From: Lachnospiraceae bacterium | GTDB lineage: Bacteria > Bacteroidota > Bacteroidia > Bacteroidales > Bacteroidaceae | Assembly: GCA_963654815.1 (NCBI GenBank) | Contig: CAVKCP010000001.1 | Span: forward strand, 11,954-75,953 | DNA: 64,000 nt | Direction: 5' to 3' | In this document: one piece after another, positions 1 to 8,947 of the stretch | Position numbering within the stretch: the stretch's first letter is position 1 | Layout of the letters: every line of letters begins with the position of its first letter | The notes under the pieces: model-generated | Told to the model about the DNA's origin: nothing | Seen by the model: the letters and a program-made list of their open reading frames with translations, nothing else | The model's database searches: none | Translations under genes and position numbers: made by a program

Positions 1-49
1 AGAATGGCAAATATTCAATGGCATATTTTGCGACAATTTGATTTATAAC

Positions 50-93
50 ACAGGAAAAGTTGTGAAGGCTTACACCTGCACAACTTTTCCTGT
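50..93. terminator. Rho-independent terminator-like hairpin downstream of htrA
   Basis: Perfect 15-bp inverted repeat ACAGGAAAAGTTGTG / CACAACTTTTCCTGT just past the htrA stop. Confidence 0.75.
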
Positions 94-131
94 ATCGCAA
101 TGTTTTGGGTTGGAGCCTTGTCGGCTCTGTA

Positions 132-1601
132 TTAGTTTTCTTCAAGTGGAACGGCGAAATACGATTTCTTTCCGCTCGGGTTGATGCCCTGTATGTAGAG
201 CACGGGGTCTTTGCTTGTAGAGGCTTCTTTCACGATGTTCTGAAGATCGTCTATCGTCTTCACGCTCGTGTCGTTCACTTTCTGTATGATGAAACCTTTG
301 CTCACGCCGGCGGTCTTCAGCTTTCCGGTGTTCACTTTCAGCACTTCAAGACCGTAGGCTATGTTGTATTGGCGTTTCTGTGCATCGGTTATCTCGCGGA
401 AATTGGCTCCCAACACGTCGAGGTCGGCCTTTTTCACAACTTGCGTGTTGCCTTGCTCGTTTTTCAGAGTTATGGTTTTTGTTGCCTTGTGCTTGTCGCG
501 CAGGTAGGTAAGCGAAACCTTGTCGCCCGGACGCTTCTTGGCTATTATCTCCTGAAGCTCGGCCATCTTGCTCACTTGCTGGCCGTCAACCGATGTGATA
601 ATGTCGCCCTCTTTCAGTCCGGCTTCCTGAGCAGCACTTTCGTCTGACACTTTGGCAATATATATGCCTTCCATTGTTCCGAGGTCAACATCCTTGCCTT
701 CTTCCTTCTGGGCATCCACATAGTTCTTCACGTCCTGACCGCTGATGCCAATAATGGCACGCTGCACTGTTCCGAACTTCTTGAGGTCGTCAACCACCTT
801 GTTCATAATCGATGTCGGAATGGCAAATCCGTAACCGCTATACGATCCTGTTTCAGAATAGAGCATGGCGTTGATGCCGATAAGTTCGCCGCGTGCATTT
901 ACCAGCGCACCGCCCGAATTGCCTCGGTTTATGGCTGCGTCGGTTTGTATGAACGACTCTACGCCGTTTTGATAGAGTGACCTTCCCTTTGCACTGACAA
1001 TTCCGGCGGTCACGGTGTTGGTGAGGTTGAAAGGGTTGCCTACGGCCAAAACCCATTCGCCCACCTTTATGTCGTCGCTGTTGGCTATGGTTATTGCCGG
1101 AAGGTTCTTGCAGTCAATCTTTATCAAGGCCAAGTCGGTGGTCTTGTCGGTGCCTATGATGCGAGCCGAATATTCCTTGTTGTCGTTGAGCGTTACGGTG
1201 AGTTCGTCGGCACCTTCCACAACGTGGTTGTTGGTGACAATATAGCCGTCGGCTGAAATTATAACGCCCGAGCCCGAACCTTGTTGTTTCGGTGTGCGCA
1301 CGCTGCGCTTTCTCGTGCCTCCCTTGCCTTGTCCGGGCGAGTTGAAGAAGCCGAACGGGTCGGAGAAGAAATCGCTGAACGGATCGCTTTCCACTTCAAC
1401 CGTCTGTATCTTTGAGTTGCGTGTGTTTAGAATATGCACGACAGTAGGGAGCGCTTTCTCTGCTGCGTAGGTGAGATCGATTGGTTGTCCGGCTATTGCT
1501 GCGGGTGTGTTGCTTGCCAACGCGCTGGTTGGCAGGCTTGACGGCAATGCAATCGAGAAGACGCATGCCGTAGCTAATGCAATTCTTGAATACTTTTTCA
1601 T
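132..1601 (-). CDS. htrA: HtrA/DegP-DegQ family periplasmic serine protease with PDZ domains
   Basis: Signal peptide; TNNHVV, DLALIK and AAINRGNSGG catalytic triad motifs; C-terminal PDZ-like segments. Confidence 0.95.
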   Translation of the reverse strand: MKKYSRIALATACVFSIALPSSLPTSALASNTPAAIAGQPIDLTYAAEKALPTVVHILNTRNSKIQTVEVESDPFSDFFSDPFGFFNSPGQGKGGTRKRSVRTPKQQGSGSGVIISADGYIVTNNHVVEGADELTVTLNDNKEYSARIIGTDKTTDLALIKIDCKNLPAITIANSDDIKVGEWVLAVGNPFNLTNTVTAGIVSAKGRSLYQNGVESFIQTDAAINRGNSGGALVNARGELIGINAMLYSETGSYSGYGFAIPTSIMNKVVDDLKKFGTVQRAIIGISGQDVKNYVDAQKEEGKDVDLGTMEGIYIAKVSDESAAQEAGLKEGDIITSVDGQQVSKMAELQEIIAKKRPGDKVSLTYLRDKHKATKTITLKNEQGNTQVVKKADLDVLGANFREITDAQKRQYNIAYGLEVLKVNTGKLKTAGVSKGFIIQKVNDTSVKTIDDLQNIVKEASTSKDPVLYIQGINPSGKKSYFAVPLEEN

Positions 1602-1672
1602 TTGCTATATTATTTATGTCTTTTTCATTTTACAGTGCGGAATGAGTGTTCCGCAAGTCTTGAATGGTGGTG

Positions 1673-1680
1673 CAAATATA
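1673..1680 (-). promoter_or_regulatory. Bacteroidota sigmaA -7 element for htrA
   Basis: TATATTTG on minus strand matches TAnnTTTG, about 70 bp upstream of start. Confidence 0.6.
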
Positions 1681-1784
1681 TGCGCAATATTTGTTAACGG
1701 GACAATTTGTCAGTAATCTTTATTCCATTTTAACACAACCAAATTGCATATTAACGGCTATTAATTGCAACTGTCGGCATTTTT

Positions 1785-1861
1785 GCATACGTTTAGCAAA
1801 TGTGCAGCATACGGTGCATGTGTGTGCTTCGTATGCCGCACGAGCGTGCTGCGTTTGGCTT
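1785..1861. repeat. Degenerate 22-bp tandem array, copy 1 of a dispersed family
   Basis: gcatacgttta gcaaatgtgca / gcatacggtgc atgtgtgtgct / tcgtatgccgc acgagcgtgct / gcgtttggctt. Confidence 0.7.
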
Positions 1862-1874
1862 TGGGTGATAAAGA

Positions 1875-1912
1875 AAATGCCTGTGCCACTCGCGGAAGTG
1901 GTACAGGCATTT
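1875..1912 (-). terminator. Terminator hairpin downstream of nfnAB
   Basis: AAATGCCTGTGCCACT...AGTGGTACAGGCATTT inverted repeat, with a U-rich tail on the minus strand. Confidence 0.7.
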
Positions 1913-1963
1913 GTATGAGTACGTCTGTGGATGTTTGTTAAAATGTGGCAGACAGTACGTTAG

Positions 1964-4315
1964 CTATTGCTTGCCGGACAGTTGTGCATCCATGTTTGCG
2001 GCGGCACGCCTTCCGTCGCCCATAGCGAGGATTACTGTTGCCCCTCCGCGCACTATGTCGCCTCCGGCATATATGTTGGATTTTGAACTTTGCATGCGGT
2101 CGTTCACGACAATGGTGCTTTTCCTTCCCAGTTTAAGACCTTCTATCGAGCGCGGAACGAGCGGGTTGGGCGATACTCCCACGGCCACCACCACTTGATC
2201 GACATCGAGTGTAAGCGTTTCGCCTTCAACCGGTATCGGGCTCCGTCGGCCGCTTGCGTCAGGTTCGCCAAGCTTCATCACTTGCAGAATGGCCTGCTTC
2301 ACGGCTCCTTTCTCGTCGGCGATATATTCTATGGGGTTGTGTAGCGTGAGGAAATTAATGCCTTCTTCCTTGGCGTGTTTCACCTCTTCGAGTCGTGCAG
2401 GCATCTCTGCTTCCGATCGGCGGTAAACCAGTGTCACGTCGCCCCCGAGGCGTTTCGCAGTGCGGCATGAGTCCATTGCTGTGTTGCCTCCGCCCACTAC
2501 AAGCACCTTGCGGCCTATGTTTATAGGTGTGTCGGTGTGGGGATTTGCGGCATCCATAAGGTTGATGCGTGTGAGATACTCGTTGGATGACATTATATTG
2601 AGTGAGTTCTCGCCCTTGATACCCATGAAATTGGGCAGACCTGCGCCTGAACCTATGAATATTCCCTTGAAACCTTCGTCTTCAAGTTGGTCTATTGAGA
2701 TGGTCTTTCCTATGATGCAGTCGGTGTAGAACTTCACTCCCAGCTTCTTGAGGTTTTCTATTTCAACGTCTACAATGCGGTTGGGAAGTCGGAATTCGGG
2801 TATTCCGTATTTCAGCACTCCGCCTATCTCGTGCAGGGCTTCATACACATGCACGTCGTAACCCTTCTTTGCCATATCGCCAGCAAAGCTCAGTCCCGAC
2901 GGGCCTGAACCCACAACCGCTACTTTTATGTCGTTGTCGGCGGCTTTCTGCGGTGTGGCTATGTTGCCGCTTGTGCGTTCGTAGTCGGCGGCAAAGCGTT
3001 CCAGGTAGCCGATGGCCACTGCTGGCTCGTTCATCTTCAGGTGTATGCACTTGCTTTCACATTGCTTTTCCTGCGGACAAACGCGTCCGCACACGGCCGG
3101 CAGAGCCGATGTGCTTTTCAAAACTTTTGCTGCTGCGAGGAATTGTCCGCGCTCTATGTTCTTTATGAACGACGGTATGTTGATGTTGACAGGGCATCCT
3201 TCCACACAGGTAGGCTTTGCGCAGTCGAGACAGCGGTGGGCTTCGGTCATGGCCATAGCCTTTGTCAGACCGATGTTTACTTCTTCTGTGCGTGTCGTGG
3301 CACGGTAGGCTGCATCAAGTTCTGGCATCTTTACGCGGCTTATGGCTTTCCGTTCTTTGGGTGACATGGCTTTGCGCAAGTCTGCACGCCACTGGGCATT
3401 GCGGTCGGTGAGCTGTTCTACCGTGTCTTCAACCGGCGGTTCGTCCATGGGTTCGGGCTCGCTTTCGGCACAGGTAGTTTCTGTCAAGCTGTCGATGTGC
3501 TCTTGGAAATGTTCCATTTCTTCACGTTCGGCTTCCTTGAATGTTCCCATGCGCTTGAACATCTCGTCCCAGTCAACGAGTGTTCCGTCAAATTCCGGAC
3601 CGTCGATGCACACGAATTTCATCTTGCCGCCTATTGAAAGACGGCATGCTCCGCACATTCCCGTTCCGTCAACCATAATTGTGTTGAGCGAAACGTCGGT
3701 TGGTATGTTGTATCTCTGCGTGAGAAGACAGCAGAACTTCATCATGATAGGAGGGCCAATGGCAAATACTTTGTCAATATGCTCCTGGTTTATGTATTTC
3801 TCAATGCCTATGGTTACAACGCCTTTTTCGCCATACGACCCGTCGTCGGTCATAACAATGAGCTCGTCGCTGCTCTCCCTTACTTCGTTTTCAAGAATTA
3901 CAAGGTCTTTGTTGCGGCCTGCTATGACAGAAAGCACTCTGTTGCCAGCTGCCTTCAATGCTCTAACAATGGGCAGCATAGGTGCTATTCCTACACCTCC
4001 GCCCGCACAAACCACGGTTCCGAAATTCTTTATGTCGGTAGGATTTCCCAATGGTCCAACCACATCGGTTATGTAGTCGCCTACGTTGAGCGAGCATAAT
4101 TTGCACGAGGAAAGACCTACGTTCTGCACGACAAGCGTGATAGTTCCTTTCTCGGTGTTGGCATCGGCAATCGTGAGAGGTATTCTTTCGCCGTTGCGAC
4201 CTATTCTTATTATGACAAAGTTACCTGCTTTTCTGCTTCGGGCAATCAAAGGCGCTTCGATTTCAAATAGAAACACTTTCTCTGAAAAGCGTTCTTTCTT
4301 CACTATTTTGTTCAT
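1964..4315 (-). CDS. Fused NfnA-NfnB (PyrK-like FAD/[2Fe-2S] domain plus GltD-like domain), probable electron-bifurcating transhydrogenase
   Basis: N-half: ERIPLT, GGGVG, MVDGTGMCGACR and CIDGPEF. C-half: RCLDC..C...CP, CGRVCPQE.QCE, GSGPSG and GGGNTAMD. Start taken at MNKIVKK (4315); the longer ORF overlaps serS and its terminator. Confidence 0.85.
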   Translation of the reverse strand: MNKIVKKERFSEKVFLFEIEAPLIARSRKAGNFVIIRIGRNGERIPLTIADANTEKGTITLVVQNVGLSSCKLCSLNVGDYITDVVGPLGNPTDIKNFGTVVCAGGGVGIAPMLPIVRALKAAGNRVLSVIAGRNKDLVILENEVRESSDELIVMTDDGSYGEKGVVTIGIEKYINQEHIDKVFAIGPPIMMKFCCLLTQRYNIPTDVSLNTIMVDGTGMCGACRLSIGGKMKFVCIDGPEFDGTLVDWDEMFKRMGTFKEAEREEMEHFQEHIDSLTETTCAESEPEPMDEPPVEDTVEQLTDRNAQWRADLRKAMSPKERKAISRVKMPELDAAYRATTRTEEVNIGLTKAMAMTEAHRCLDCAKPTCVEGCPVNINIPSFIKNIERGQFLAAAKVLKSTSALPAVCGRVCPQEKQCESKCIHLKMNEPAVAIGYLERFAADYERTSGNIATPQKAADNDIKVAVVGSGPSGLSFAGDMAKKGYDVHVYEALHEIGGVLKYGIPEFRLPNRIVDVEIENLKKLGVKFYTDCIIGKTISIDQLEDEGFKGIFIGSGAGLPNFMGIKGENSLNIMSSNEYLTRINLMDAANPHTDTPINIGRKVLVVGGGNTAMDSCRTAKRLGGDVTLVYRRSEAEMPARLEEVKHAKEEGINFLTLHNPIEYIADEKGAVKQAILQVMKLGEPDASGRRSPIPVEGETLTLDVDQVVVAVGVSPNPLVPRSIEGLKLGRKSTIVVNDRMQSSKSNIYAGGDIVRGGATVILAMGDGRRAAANMDAQLSGKQ

Positions 4316-4388
4316 GGTGTTATGTATTTTATGGCTTGTGGTTCGGTAGTATCCGCTATGGCGGTAAGGCAAAGGCATTGAAATCAAA

Positions 4389-4424
4389 ATGGGTGTCTGG
4401 GGATTTTTGTCTCCAGACACCCAT
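4389..4424 (-). terminator. Terminator hairpin downstream of serS
   Basis: ATGGGTGTCTGGGGA / TCTCCAGACACCCAT stem followed by U's on the minus strand. Confidence 0.65.
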
Positions 4425-4436
4425 AATATGGTCGTA

Positions 4437-5726
4437 TTAGAAGTTCTTGTCGTCGAGCATTTCAAACCCGCAATAGGGCACAAGGGCTTTTGGAACTCTT
4501 ATTCCTTCGGGGGTTTGGTTGTTTTCGAGAATGGCCGCAACGATGCGCGGGAGTGCCAATGCAGAACCGTTGAGGGTGTGGCACAACTCGATTTTCTTCG
4601 TTTCGGCGTTTCTGTAACGGCAGTGCAGGCGGTTGGCCTGGTAGCTTTCAAAGTTTGAAACCGACGAAACTTCGAGCCATCTCTTCTGTGCTGCGCTCCA
4701 AACCTCGAAGTCGTAGCATATTGCTGAAGTGAAGCTCATGTCTCCGCCGCAAAGTCTCAGAATGTGGTAGGGCAGTTCCAGCTTCTTGCACAGGCCTTCA
4801 ACGTGATCCAGCATCTCGTTGAGTGACTGGTAAGAATGCTCGGGTTTGTCGATGCGCACTAGCTCCACCTTGTCGAACTGGTGCAGACGGTTAAGTCCAC
4901 GTACATCCTTTCCGTAAGAACCGGCCTCTCTTCTGAAGCATGCAGAGTATGCGCAACGTTTGATGGGAAGGTTCTTTTCGTCGATAATCTCGTCGCGGAA
5001 GATGTTGGTTACGGGCACTTCGGCGGTAGGAATGAGATAGAGGTTGTCGAGCTGGCACTGGTACATCTGTGCTTCTTTGTCGGGCAATTGGCCTGTACCG
5101 TAGCCTGATGCTTCGTTGACAACAAACGGAGGCTGTATTTCCAGATACCCGCTTTTGCGTGCTTCTTCCAAGAAGAAGGCTTCGAGTGCACGCTGGAAAC
5201 GTGCCATCTTACCTATATATACGGGGAAACCTGCGCCTGTAATCTTTACTCCAAGGTCGAAGTCGATGAGATTGTATTTCTTGCACAGGTCCCAATGGCA
5301 CATTGCATCCTCGGGAAGTTCGGGTATCTGTCCGCCTTCTTTTACCACGACATTGTCGCTGGCATCCTTTCCTTCGGGCACATCGTCGTTGGGAATGTTC
5401 GGTATGGTGCAGAGAAGAGCTTCCAATTCTTTCTTTGCATTGGCTTCGTTCTCTTCAAGTTCTTTGTTGCTTTCCTTGAGTTGGGCTACATTTGCTTTGA
5501 TTTTCTCGGCTTCGTCTTTGGCTCCCTGCTTCATGAGCATGCCTATTTGCGACGACAATTTCTTTACCTCCGAAAGGTTACTGTCGAGTTTCTGCTGCGC
5601 TTCACGGCGGCGTTTGTCAATCTCGAGTACCTTGTTTACTGCTTCTTCTGCGTTCTCAAAATGCTTTTTCTTCAAGCCTTTGACAACACGTTCAGTTTCC
5701 TCACTGATGAGTTTAAGTGTAAGCAT
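4437..5726 (-). CDS. serS: Serine--tRNA ligase
   Basis: N-terminal coiled coil; LIPTAEVP, FRREAGS..RLHQF, EVSSVSN and HTLNGS motifs. Confidence 0.97.
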   Translation of the reverse strand: MLTLKLISEETERVVKGLKKKHFENAEEAVNKVLEIDKRRREAQQKLDSNLSEVKKLSSQIGMLMKQGAKDEAEKIKANVAQLKESNKELEENEANAKKELEALLCTIPNIPNDDVPEGKDASDNVVVKEGGQIPELPEDAMCHWDLCKKYNLIDFDLGVKITGAGFPVYIGKMARFQRALEAFFLEEARKSGYLEIQPPFVVNEASGYGTGQLPDKEAQMYQCQLDNLYLIPTAEVPVTNIFRDEIIDEKNLPIKRCAYSACFRREAGSYGKDVRGLNRLHQFDKVELVRIDKPEHSYQSLNEMLDHVEGLCKKLELPYHILRLCGGDMSFTSAICYDFEVWSAAQKRWLEVSSVSNFESYQANRLHCRYRNAETKKIELCHTLNGSALALPRIVAAILENNQTPEGIRVPKALVPYCGFEMLDDKNF

Positions 5727-5912
5727 ATGCTAAAACGTTAAAATTATAATCGTATAGTGTATTGCAAAATTACATATTTTTTTTCTTTCAACAAGAAATG
5801 TGTCTGTAAAAAATCTGTAAGATAGATGTCGGATAAATCATAATAAAATGCAAATAAAACGTAAAATTGGAATAATTACAATTTTAAATTCTTTGTTTAC
5901 GAAAGCTTTTGC

Positions 5913-5920
5913 TATCTTTG
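5913..5920 (+). promoter_or_regulatory. -7 promoter element for rubrerythrin
   Basis: TATCTTTG followed by CA; the divergent serS element TAATTTTG is at 5765-5772 on the minus strand. Confidence 0.6.
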
Positions 5921-6045
5921 CAAGCGTAATCAGATGTGCATTGGTGTGGCGACACAACATAAATGCGTTTCGCTCAATTGTATATTTGATTTCGCATATT
6001 GTGTAAAACGACTGTATAAAAGTTGGAAAAACCTTATAAAACATT

Positions 6046-6594
6046 ATGAATATGAAAGATCTTAAAGGAACAAAAACCGAGAAAAACCTCATGGAGGCAT
6101 TTGCAGGAGAGTCTCAGGCCCGCAACAAATACACTTATTTTGCGTCGAAAGCGCGCAAGGAAGGCTATGAGCAGATTGCCGCTCTGTTTGAGGAAACTGC
6201 ACTCAACGAGAAGGAACACGCCAAGATGTGGTTCAAACTTCTTGAGGGTGGCGCAGTGAAAGACACTATCTCCAACCTGAAGGCTGCTGCCGAAGGCGAG
6301 AACTATGAGTGGACTGACATGTATGTAAAAATGGCTGAGGATGCCGATGAGGAAGGATTCCCCGAGATTGCGGCTGCAATGCGCGGCGTGGCAGAAATAG
6401 AAAAGCACCACGAAGAGCGTTACCGCCGTCTGTTGCAGAACATAGAAGAGGGCATAGTATTCTCTCGTGAGGGCGACTGCATTTGGCAATGCCGCAATTG
6501 CGGCCACATCGTTGTGGGCAAGAAAGCCCCTGAGGTGTGCCCCGTGTGCAAGCATCCGAAAAGCTATTTCGAGATCAAGGCTGAGAATTATTAA
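6046..6594 (+). CDS. rbr: Rubrerythrin
   Basis: AFAGESQA, two ExxH di-iron motifs, C-terminal rubredoxin CRNCG...CPVC. Confidence 0.95.
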   Translation: MNMKDLKGTKTEKNLMEAFAGESQARNKYTYFASKARKEGYEQIAALFEETALNEKEHAKMWFKLLEGGAVKDTISNLKAAAEGENYEWTDMYVKMAEDADEEGFPEIAAAMRGVAEIEKHHEERYRRLLQNIEEGIVFSREGDCIWQCRNCGHIVVGKKAPEVCPVCKHPKSYFEIKAENY

Positions 6595-6635
6595 ATTCTT
6601 CTGACTCCTTGCACTGCTTTTTTGCAAGGCAACAA

Positions 6636-6671
6636 AAAGGGCTGGCTTCAATCAAAACGAAGCAGCCCTTT
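6636..6671. terminator. Bidirectional terminator between rbr and the GH3 gene
   Basis: AAAGGGCTGGCTTC / GAAGCAGCCCTTT stem with A and T tracts on either side, between convergent genes. Confidence 0.7.
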
Positions 6672-6719
6672 GTTTTTCAGCGTCACTTGCGGCAAAAGTG
6701 CCGAAAGTTTTGCGTGCTG

Positions 6720-8921
6720 TTATTTCAGTTCAAACTCGGCAGTTGCGCGCACATCGGTTTCGCTTGCACATATATAGGCGAAGAAGCGGCCCGGAGTTGC
6801 GGTGAAACCGTGTGTCTTTGTCGACCAGTATTCAAGGTCGCCAAGTGTTATGTCGAAGCTCACGGTCTTTGTTTCACCCGGTTCAAGACTGATTTTGGCG
6901 AAGTTCTTCAGTTCCTTTTTCGGGCGTTCTTCAACACATTTCTCCTCGCCGATGAACAGTTCTACAACCTCTTTTCCTGCCACTTTGCCGGTGTTTGTCA
7001 CCGGAACAGATATGGTTATCTTCCCATCTTTTGTCATCTGCTTGCCCGAAAGCTGCGGTTTGCCATACTTGAAGGTGGTGTAGCTCAGTCCGTAACCGAA
7101 CGGGAATTGCGGCTGTACATTCTTGGTGTTGAACCAACGGTAGCCTACGAATATGCCTTCGTCGTAATACACCTGCTTGTCGATGCCGGGATAGCCGCGC
7201 TTTCCCGAGTTGAAGCAAGGATAGTCGTTCTGTTTCTTGGCGAAAGTCACGGGCAGTTTGCCGCTTGGGTTAATCTTTCCCGAGATAGCTTCGGCGAGTG
7301 TCACGCCCGACATCGAGCCGAGATACCAGCAGTGCATCATTGCCTTTACGTTGTTTATCCACGGAGTGGCGAAGGCGTTGCCGCCGAATGTCACCACAAT
7401 GATGTTCTTCTGTATTTTCGACAGATCGCTTATAAGTTCGTTCTGGCCGTAGGAAAGGTCATACGATTCGCGGTCGCCGTCCTCGCAGTCTTGTTTCCAG
7501 TTCTTGTTAAGTCCGCCAATGAATATTATAAGGTCGGCACCTTTTGCTTTTTCAAGAGCCTCCTTTTTCAGTTCGGCCTGTTTCGCATCGTCAATGGGAT
7601 CGATTGCGTCATAAAGCGGTTTTCCGGCATAATAGCCTTGCACATATTCTATTTTGTCGCCATATATAGCCTTCAGTCCTTCAAGGGGCGACACGTCGCA
7701 TTTAGTTTTCAGCTCCGAAGAACCTCCGCCTTCGCTCATGTTGCGTGTGGCATTGTCGCCCACAACGAGTATCTTGCGGTATTTTTCGGGACGCAACGGC
7801 AGAATGCCTTGATTGTTTTTAAGCAGCACAATGCCTTCTTCGCCTATTTCGCGGCAGGCATCATAGTGTGCCTCTGAACACTGCGAACCCACAGCTTTGT
7901 CGGGATTCATGGCCGTGCGGAAAATCAGTCTGAGCACGCGTCCTGCCTTTTCGTTGAGCACGCTCATCGGAATCTTGCCTTCGTTTATGAGTTTTTCAAA
8001 CGGGTCGGCAAGGCGGTAGTTGTTGTATCCGTTGCTGTGGTCTTCGGTCTTTCCGTTGGTGTCGGTGCCCATTTCTATGTCGAGACCGTTCATTGCAGCC
8101 TGCCAAGTGTCGTGGGTTCCGCCCCAGTCGCTTATCACGCAACCGTCAAATCCCCATTCCTTTTTCAGCACCTTGTTCAGAAGTGAGTCGTTGTGGCAAA
8201 GGTGTTCGCCGTTCCATAAAGGGTAGGAACCCATTATCGACCACAGACCGGCTTCCTGCACACATTTCTTGAATGCCGGCATGTAGATTTCTCGGAATGC
8301 GCGTTCGCCCACGTTCACATTCACTGTGAAACGGTCTATTTCCTGATTGTTCAGCGCAAAGTGTTTCAAGCAGCATGCCACGCCGTTCTTCTGTGCCGCC
8401 TTTATGTATGGCACGGCCATTTCGCCGGCCAGGTAAGGGTCTTCGCCCATGTATTCAAAACTGCGTCCGTTGAGCGGAACACGGCATATTGTAGTGCCGG
8501 GACCGAGCAAGACATCCTTGCCGCGGAATGCAAATTCCTCGCTTACGGCATTGCCGTATGTCGCGCTCAGGTTGCGGTTCCATGTTGCGGCGAGGCATGT
8601 GAGCGACGGAAATGCCACGATGGAGTCGTTTGTCCAGTTGGCATTGTTCCACGAGTTCCAGTCCACCTCGGCACGCACTCCGTGAGGGCCGTCGCTCATC
8701 ATAAGCTGTCTTATGCCCAGACGAGGCACACCTGCCGACGAGAATTTGCTTTGGGCATGCAGAATGGCCACTTTCTCGTGGGTGGTCATGCGCGACAGTG
8801 CATCTTGCACGCGCTCTTCAATCGGTGCTTTGGGATCGAGATATACCGGGGTTTTGGTTTGTGCCAACATTGCGGTTGCGCAGGCAACCAGTAATGATGA
8901 CGTTAAAACAAGTTGTTTCAT
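6720..8921 (-). CDS. Glycoside hydrolase family 3 (beta-glucosidase)
   Basis: SDGPHGVR, KHF and ISDW nucleophile motifs; NPSGKLP, FPFGYGLSY and Fn3-like tail; signal peptide from MKQLV. Confidence 0.92.
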   Translation of the reverse strand: MKQLVLTSSLLVACATAMLAQTKTPVYLDPKAPIEERVQDALSRMTTHEKVAILHAQSKFSSAGVPRLGIRQLMMSDGPHGVRAEVDWNSWNNANWTNDSIVAFPSLTCLAATWNRNLSATYGNAVSEEFAFRGKDVLLGPGTTICRVPLNGRSFEYMGEDPYLAGEMAVPYIKAAQKNGVACCLKHFALNNQEIDRFTVNVNVGERAFREIYMPAFKKCVQEAGLWSIMGSYPLWNGEHLCHNDSLLNKVLKKEWGFDGCVISDWGGTHDTWQAAMNGLDIEMGTDTNGKTEDHSNGYNNYRLADPFEKLINEGKIPMSVLNEKAGRVLRLIFRTAMNPDKAVGSQCSEAHYDACREIGEEGIVLLKNNQGILPLRPEKYRKILVVGDNATRNMSEGGGSSELKTKCDVSPLEGLKAIYGDKIEYVQGYYAGKPLYDAIDPIDDAKQAELKKEALEKAKGADLIIFIGGLNKNWKQDCEDGDRESYDLSYGQNELISDLSKIQKNIIVVTFGGNAFATPWINNVKAMMHCWYLGSMSGVTLAEAISGKINPSGKLPVTFAKKQNDYPCFNSGKRGYPGIDKQVYYDEGIFVGYRWFNTKNVQPQFPFGYGLSYTTFKYGKPQLSGKQMTKDGKITISVPVTNTGKVAGKEVVELFIGEEKCVEERPKKELKNFAKISLEPGETKTVSFDITLGDLEYWSTKTHGFTATPGRFFAYICASETDVRATAEFELK

Positions 8922-8947
8922 ATTGTTGTATTTGTGGTTTTTGGGTT

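Noticed and set aside
4316..4483. N-terminal extensions given in the ORF track (nfnAB, GH3, thioredoxin, topB, purT, mmdC, GT4, panB)
   Set aside because: They run through promoters, terminators or neighbouring genes; the recognisable domains or signal peptides begin at downstream ATGs.
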